Source of the DNA: Candidatus Daviesbacteria bacterium | GTDB lineage: Bacteria; Patescibacteriota; Microgenomatia; Daviesbacterales; UBA10151 | Length of the DNA: 64,000 nt | Reading direction: 5' to 3' | Assembly: GCA_016176465.1 (NCBI GenBank) | Contig: JACOXD010000010.1 | Location: forward strand, 7,497 to 71,496 | In this document: in pieces, positions 59,478 through 64,000 of the stretch | How the letters are laid out: each line of letters opens with the position of its first letter | How positions within the stretch are numbered: position 1 is the stretch's first letter | The notes under the pieces: model-generated | Seen by the model: only the letters and a program-made list of their open reading frames with translations | What the model was told of the DNA's origin: nothing | Database searches by the model: none | Made by a program: the position numbers and the translations under genes

Positions 59478-60442
59478 ACAGTAAATTAGTTTATATCATA
59501 GTTGCGGTTTTGCTTTTAGGAGGAGTAGTTTTCTTTGCTCAAAAACAAGCGGGTGCTCCGAAACTTAAATCTGAAACAGCACAAAGCTTACCTGCAACAA
59601 CGCAAGAAGAATCTGTTAGGGAAAATTCAACTTATGGTCATGTACACGCTTTAATTTCTAATCCTCAAGATAACAGCCTATTGTTGGGTACTCATGAAGG
59701 TTTGTTTAAGAGTGCAGATGGAGGGAAAACTTTTCAGAAAGTGGGTGTTAAAGGTGAAGTTAATGCAATGGATTTCATGAACTTTGCGTATGACCAGAAT
59801 AATAAAATCATTTATGCTGGTGGACATGATTTGGGAGTTGTTAAAAGCACTGATGGTGGAGTAACTTGGGCAAAAACAGATTCAGGGATTCAAGGTACGG
59901 ATATTCATGCTTTGGCTATGAACCCCCTTGATACTAACAGGTTATATGTTTTCTCAGTAGGTAATGGAGTTTATGGAACTAAAGATGGGGCAAAAAGTTG
60001 GTATAGAATTGATGATGGACCAGCGAACCCATCTGTAGTAGCTTTTGGATATATGGCAACTCCCTCAAGTATGGACCGCGGTATGAAAACTGATAAAACT
60101 ACTAATATTGGCTACCTTTGGGCAGGAACTGGAGGAGGGTTATATAGCTCATTTGCTTGTTTCTGTGGCTGGACTAAAACATCAGGTGTAACAGATAGAG
60201 CCACTATTTATACACTTGCTCCTGATCCAATAGACAAAAGTAGTATGCTTGCAGGAACCAAAGATGGTATTTACAAAACGACTGATGAGGGGAGAAATTT
60301 TACTAAGATAAGTGATATTAAAGACATTGCTGCCCTTAATTTTAATACATCTAATCCTAAAACAATTTATGCTGCTACTGCCGATGGTGCGATTTATAGA
60401 AGTGATGATGAAGGTAAGAATTGGAGTAAAGTGAATGAATAA
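59474..60442 (+). CDS. Membrane-anchored BNR/Asp-box beta-propeller
   Basis: HVHAL, repeated S.DGG.TW motifs; CFC. Confidence 0.8.
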   Translation: MNSKLVYIIVAVLLLGGVVFFAQKQAGAPKLKSETAQSLPATTQEESVRENSTYGHVHALISNPQDNSLLLGTHEGLFKSADGGKTFQKVGVKGEVNAMDFMNFAYDQNNKIIYAGGHDLGVVKSTDGGVTWAKTDSGIQGTDIHALAMNPLDTNRLYVFSVGNGVYGTKDGAKSWYRIDDGPANPSVVAFGYMATPSSMDRGMKTDKTTNIGYLWAGTGGGLYSSFACFCGWTKTSGVTDRATIYTLAPDPIDKSSMLAGTKDGIYKTTDEGRNFTKISDIKDIAALNFNTSNPKTIYAATADGAIYRSDDEGKNWSKVNE

Positions 60443-60671
60443 GCAAAGCTTGTCTTTTGCTGTCGCAAAACGTAAGTTTTTTAACAGCTGTAGGCGCTGT
60501 TTAAACCCCTGGATAATTGCCTTAATTACTGTTGTAGTGGTTGGATTATTAATTTTTCTTCCTATTTTAGGAGTAGCAACTTTGATAGCAGCTCTTCCTC
60601 TGGTAGGTTGTACTGTAATGTGTGGTGCAATGGCTCTTATGATGCGGGATCACAAAAAAGATAAAAGTTAA
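60435..60671 (+). CDS. Small Cys/Met-rich membrane protein
   Basis: CRRCLN, GCTVMCGAM; N-terminus is repeat-derived (60440-60476). Confidence 0.6.
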   Translation: MNKQSLSFAVAKRKFFNSCRRCLNPWIIALITVVVVGLLIFLPILGVATLIAALPLVGCTVMCGAMALMMRDHKKDKS

Positions 60672-60673
60672 GT

Positions 60674-61414
60674 ATGAGATTGATTTTCCTGCCCATTGTT
60701 GTATTTATTATCTTAGCTGTAACGCTTTTATCGCAAAATTTATTTCCAAAAAATACACTCGAGTCAACTATTGCAAATTGGAATGATGGAACAGATGCTT
60801 TTTATCAGCAGGTTTTAAAAAGTGATGGTGATTGGGTAGATCATGCAGGTGAGGCAGTTTTTGATAACTATCCTGTAAAAAGTATTTCAAAGCTGGAAAC
60901 AGAAAATATTTTGGCACAAGCAAGGCAGCCACAACCACCAGTTTTGGGACTGCATACTGCACCTGACGGAGCAGAAAAATGGATTGAGATAGACCTATCT
61001 AATCTTAAACTTTATGCTTGGGAAGGAAACCGCAAAGTTTATGAATTTTTAATATCAACAGGCCGTCCTGGCTATAACACCCCTACAGGTGAGTTTAGGG
61101 TTTGGAGAAAGGTACTATCACAAGCCTATAAAGGCGGCTCAAGAGAAAGGGGCGATTACTACTACTTACCTAATGTTCCCTTCTCTTTATTTTTCGGTGG
61201 CGGAAATGTTTCTAACTGGAAAGGTTATGCTATCCATGGAGCATATTGGCACAGTGACTTTGGTATAAAAAACAGGAGTAGTGGGTGTGTAAATGTGAAA
61301 CCTGAAGAAGCAGGACTTTTGTACCAATGGGCTGGTCCTGCTATGCCTGCTGGGACAGGAGTTTTAAATTCAACTCCTGATAACCCTGGTGTAAGAGTAA
61401 TCGTACATGATTAA
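60674..61414 (+). CDS. L,D-transpeptidase (YkuD)
   Basis: ISTG, TPTG.F, AIHGAYWH, SSGCVN. Confidence 0.88.
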   Translation: MRLIFLPIVVFIILAVTLLSQNLFPKNTLESTIANWNDGTDAFYQQVLKSDGDWVDHAGEAVFDNYPVKSISKLETENILAQARQPQPPVLGLHTAPDGAEKWIEIDLSNLKLYAWEGNRKVYEFLISTGRPGYNTPTGEFRVWRKVLSQAYKGGSRERGDYYYLPNVPFSLFFGGGNVSNWKGYAIHGAYWHSDFGIKNRSSGCVNVKPEEAGLLYQWAGPAMPAGTGVLNSTPDNPGVRVIVHD

Positions 61415-61421
61415 TTTCCCC

Positions 61422-61459
61422 TTGACAAGTTAAAGTTTATCTACTACAGTAAGTAGTAG
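61422..61459 (+). promoter_or_regulatory. Promoter with TACTAC-N5-GTAGTA operator 3
   Basis: TTGACA-17-TACAGT overlapped by ctactacagtaagtagtag. Confidence 0.8.
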
Positions 61460-61460
61460 T

Positions 61461-62231
61461 ATGGATAAACAGTCAGGTATTCGAATCAACCTTTTTATTT
61501 CAACCCCAATAGCTATTTTAATTGGGTCTGTGATAATCGCTTTAGCTATTCTGGTAAATGGTGGAATCATCAAATTTAAAGGATCAGTTGCTACTAAATC
61601 ACCAACTACTCAAGCAGCTCAAGCTCCAACTGCAACAGCCCCACAAGCTCCCCAACCAGAACCTCAAGCTGGCCCTGTAGAACCCCTAAAAGATGAAGAT
61701 CATGTCAGGGGTGAAAGAAAAGCTAGGATTTTACTTTTTGAATACTCAGATTTAGAGTGTCCCTTCTGTAAAAGATTTCATCCCACTGCTAAACAAATAG
61801 TAGATACCTACAAAGGAGAAGTGGCTTGGGTATATAGGCATTTTCCTTTGGATCAAATCCATTCTAAAGCAGATAAAGAAGCAGAGGCTATAGAGTGTGC
61901 AAATGAGTTGGGTGGTGAAGATGGGTTTTGGAAGATGACAGACAAGATATTTGAGGTAACACCTTCTAATAATGGTTTAAATTTGGAAGATCTGCCAAAA
62001 CTGGCAGGGGAAGTAGGGCTAAATCAAGCTACATTTAAGTCATGTTTAGATAGTGGTAAATACACAGCTCATGTAGAAGAGGATTATCAGGGTGGAATAA
62101 AAGCTGGTATTACAGGTACACCTGGCAATATTCTACTTGATACTAAACTCAATAAGACTAAATTAATACCTGGTGCACTACCCTTTGAGCAATTTAAACA
62201 AGCAATAGATGCTATGCTTAAGGAAGCATAA
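61461..62231 (+). CDS. DsbA-family thiol-disulfide oxidoreductase
   Basis: EYSDLECPFC, YRHFPL, GITGTP. Confidence 0.92.
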   Translation: MDKQSGIRINLFISTPIAILIGSVIIALAILVNGGIIKFKGSVATKSPTTQAAQAPTATAPQAPQPEPQAGPVEPLKDEDHVRGERKARILLFEYSDLECPFCKRFHPTAKQIVDTYKGEVAWVYRHFPLDQIHSKADKEAEAIECANELGGEDGFWKMTDKIFEVTPSNNGLNLEDLPKLAGEVGLNQATFKSCLDSGKYTAHVEEDYQGGIKAGITGTPGNILLDTKLNKTKLIPGALPFEQFKQAIDAMLKEA

Positions 62232-62234
62232 CAA

Positions 62235-63275
62235 ATGGATCTTTGGTTAATATTTCTAACTGGTTTAACTGTTGGTGGACTTACCTGTCTAGCTGTGCAG
62301 GGGGGTCTTCTCGCCTCTACTATTGCTGCAAGGGAAGAGGAAGATATAGACGCAGGAAGCAGAAGAAAACATACTATATTCCCCACTGCAGCCTTTTTAA
62401 CTACTAAGCTTATTGCCTATACGATTTTAGGCTTTCTTTTAGGACTATTCGGACAAACCCTACAGATCTCTGGTAGTGCTCAAACTGTGATGCAGCTTCT
62501 AGCTGGAGGATACATGATAGCTGTGGCACTAAATCTTCTTAATGTTCACCCAATATTCAGATACGCCATTATTCAACCCCCAAGATTTTTAACCAGATTA
62601 ATTAGAAATCAAACTAAATCTAAAGATATTTTTGCTCCAGCCTTGCTTGGTGTTATGACCATCTTTATTCCTTGTGGAACAACTCTAGCTATGGAAGCAT
62701 TAGCAATCTCTTCAGGTAAACCATTTCTCGGCTCAATGATTATGGGAGCATTTACTTTAGGCACTATGCCACTATTTTTTGGTATTGGGTTCTTAACTTC
62801 TTTGCTGGGGGATACTTTCAGAGCCAAATTTTTCAAAATAGCAGGAGTTTTGGTGTTATATCTAGGTATTATCTCATTTAATGGGGCACTAGTTGCTAGC
62901 GGTTCTCCTATTACTTTACAGTCAATTGGACAAGCTTTACCAATTGAGATTGATTTATCTGGAGGGCAAGCTGCAGCATCTGCTGATTCAAATGTAAAAC
63001 TCGTTGGTGGAGTTCAAACTGTCGATATGTCTGTTTTCCCCACCAGCTATAGTCCAAACTACATTCAGGTAAAAGCAGGCACTCCTGTTAGGTTGAATTT
63101 AACTCCATCAGGTGGTTTAGGATGTACTTCATTTTTTAGAATTCCAAAACTGAGAATTACTAAAAAATTGGCTCAAGGCGCAACTGAAACTGTTGAGTTT
63201 ACCCCTCAAAGTCCTGGAAGATTAACCTTTACCTGTTCAATGGGAATGTATACAGGGACAATAGAGGTTATATAA
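62235..63275 (+). CDS. DsbD_2/TauE-like membrane protein with C-terminal cupredoxin
   Basis: TCLAVQGG, FIPCG, F.LGT.P, FTCSMGMY. Confidence 0.85.
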   Translation: MDLWLIFLTGLTVGGLTCLAVQGGLLASTIAAREEEDIDAGSRRKHTIFPTAAFLTTKLIAYTILGFLLGLFGQTLQISGSAQTVMQLLAGGYMIAVALNLLNVHPIFRYAIIQPPRFLTRLIRNQTKSKDIFAPALLGVMTIFIPCGTTLAMEALAISSGKPFLGSMIMGAFTLGTMPLFFGIGFLTSLLGDTFRAKFFKIAGVLVLYLGIISFNGALVASGSPITLQSIGQALPIEIDLSGGQAAASADSNVKLVGGVQTVDMSVFPTSYSPNYIQVKAGTPVRLNLTPSGGLGCTSFFRIPKLRITKKLAQGATETVEFTPQSPGRLTFTCSMGMYTGTIEVI

Positions 63276-63320
63276 GCGGAGCTTGATACTTCGTATTGAG
63301 GCGAAGCCTCTAATTTCATT

Positions 63321-63557
63321 ATGAGTAAAATAGTAAAGAAAAAATTAAAGATTGATGGGATGCACTGCAGCAGCTGTGCCATGAATATAGAGTTTGATTT
63401 AGAGGATGTGGAAGGTATTAAATCGGCTAAAGCTAGCCTGGTAAAAGAGGAATGCGAAGTAGAATTTGATGAAGAAAAAGTTAATGAGCAAATGATTATC
63501 CAAACTATCCAGAAAACTGGGTACCAAGCAAGGTTACAAGAAGAGTCTAAGCAGTAA
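63321..63557 (+). CDS. CopZ-like HMA metallochaperone
   Basis: GMHCSSC; TGY. Confidence 0.9.
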   Translation: MSKIVKKKLKIDGMHCSSCAMNIEFDLEDVEGIKSAKASLVKEECEVEFDEEKVNEQMIIQTIQKTGYQARLQEESKQ

Positions 63558-63610
63558 TAGGGTTTCTGATTCCTACTGCGCACCAGTTCCTGACAAGCTT
63601 TTCTTTTGCA

Positions 63611-63639
63611 AAGCAAGTATTAATCCAAGTCCCGCAGCT
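63611..63639 (+). repeat. att-like repeat 3 (right boundary of the island)
   Basis: aagcaagtattaatccaagtcccgcagct. Confidence 0.85.
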
Positions 63640-63673
63640 TTGAACTGAAACCATCCCTTGTGGGACATAAAAC

Positions 63674-63994
63674 TTAGTTGTCATGAACGTTTAATGAAGC
63701 TCCAGCAGCATCAACTTCAACTTCCCTATCCTTAATAGTGAACTTTCCATCCTGTTGTATTGCTATTCTTCCTCTTGTATTTACGACATTTATTCTTTCA
63801 ATAACTACTCTGTGAGGGTTTTTAGCAGAATTTGGCTTATATCCTAAATCAATGTTATAGCACATAGCTTGAGGTATACTATGTCTTGTGTAAACCTCAT
63901 TTTTAAATAACTCCATAGATCCTCGTTGAGTAAATACCCATTCAATTTCTTCCCATGTTTTTCTGCCTCGTAATACTTCAACAATATCTCTCAA
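63674..63994 (-). CDS. Hypothetical protein, probably extending beyond the window
   Basis: Open frame reaching the window edge; no recognised motif. Confidence 0.45.
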   Translation of the reverse strand: MRDIVEVLRGRKTWEEIEWVFTQRGSMELFKNEVYTRHSIPQAMCYNIDLGYKPNSAKNPHRVVIERINVVNTRGRIAIQQDGKFTIKDREVEVDAAGASLNVHDN

Positions 63995-64000
63995 TGCTTC

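Larger units (their letters stand above)
49306..63639 (+). mobile_element. tRNA-Gln-associated copper/thiol-redox genomic island
   Basis: Flanked by 29-bp direct repeats containing the tRNA 3' end; all genes co-directional; no integrase inside. Confidence 0.75.

Noticed and set aside
2276-63616. Many short overlapping or antisense ORFs (e.g. 20415-20786, 28624-29022, 32483-32929, 55666-56151, 63206-63616)
   Set aside because: Shadows of well-supported genes with no motifs of their own.
1-64000. Alternative genetic code (TGA=Gly)
   Set aside because: Conserved genes are full length in code 11 and TGA ends genes at expected positions.

Overview
AT-rich bacterial chromosomal window in the standard genetic code. 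Gene content and style (recX-rny-GNAT-HU, many GT-C glycosyltransferases, short aspS, secD/secF split by unknown genes, a PaaX/Cas2-like orphan) suggest a Patescibacteria/CPR genome, probably Microgenomates; this is inference only. It contains housekeeping genes, RNase P RNA, tRNA-Gln(CTG) and a candidate rod-like ncRNA. Unusually for CPR, it also has aromatic and branched-chain amino-acid genes. Five non-obvious features stand out. (1) Four unannotated leader peptide/terminator attenuators (two aromatic-rich, two Leu/Ile/Val-rich) share one terminator design, and two precede genes of unknown function. (2) Small palindromic repeats are inserted in-frame in many proteins (RecX, CCA enzyme, RecJ, CopA x4, a flavoprotein) and in RNase P RNA. 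(3) A tandem array of integrase-less cassettes is delimited by copies of the tRNA-Gln 3' end and includes a ~14.3 kb copper/thiol-redox island. (4) That island has a BlaI/M56 module with three TACTAC-N5-GTAGTA operators on -10 boxes. (5) A PaaX/Cas2-like gene is bracketed by 36-bp palindromes. All product calls come from motif recognition by eye; no searches were run.
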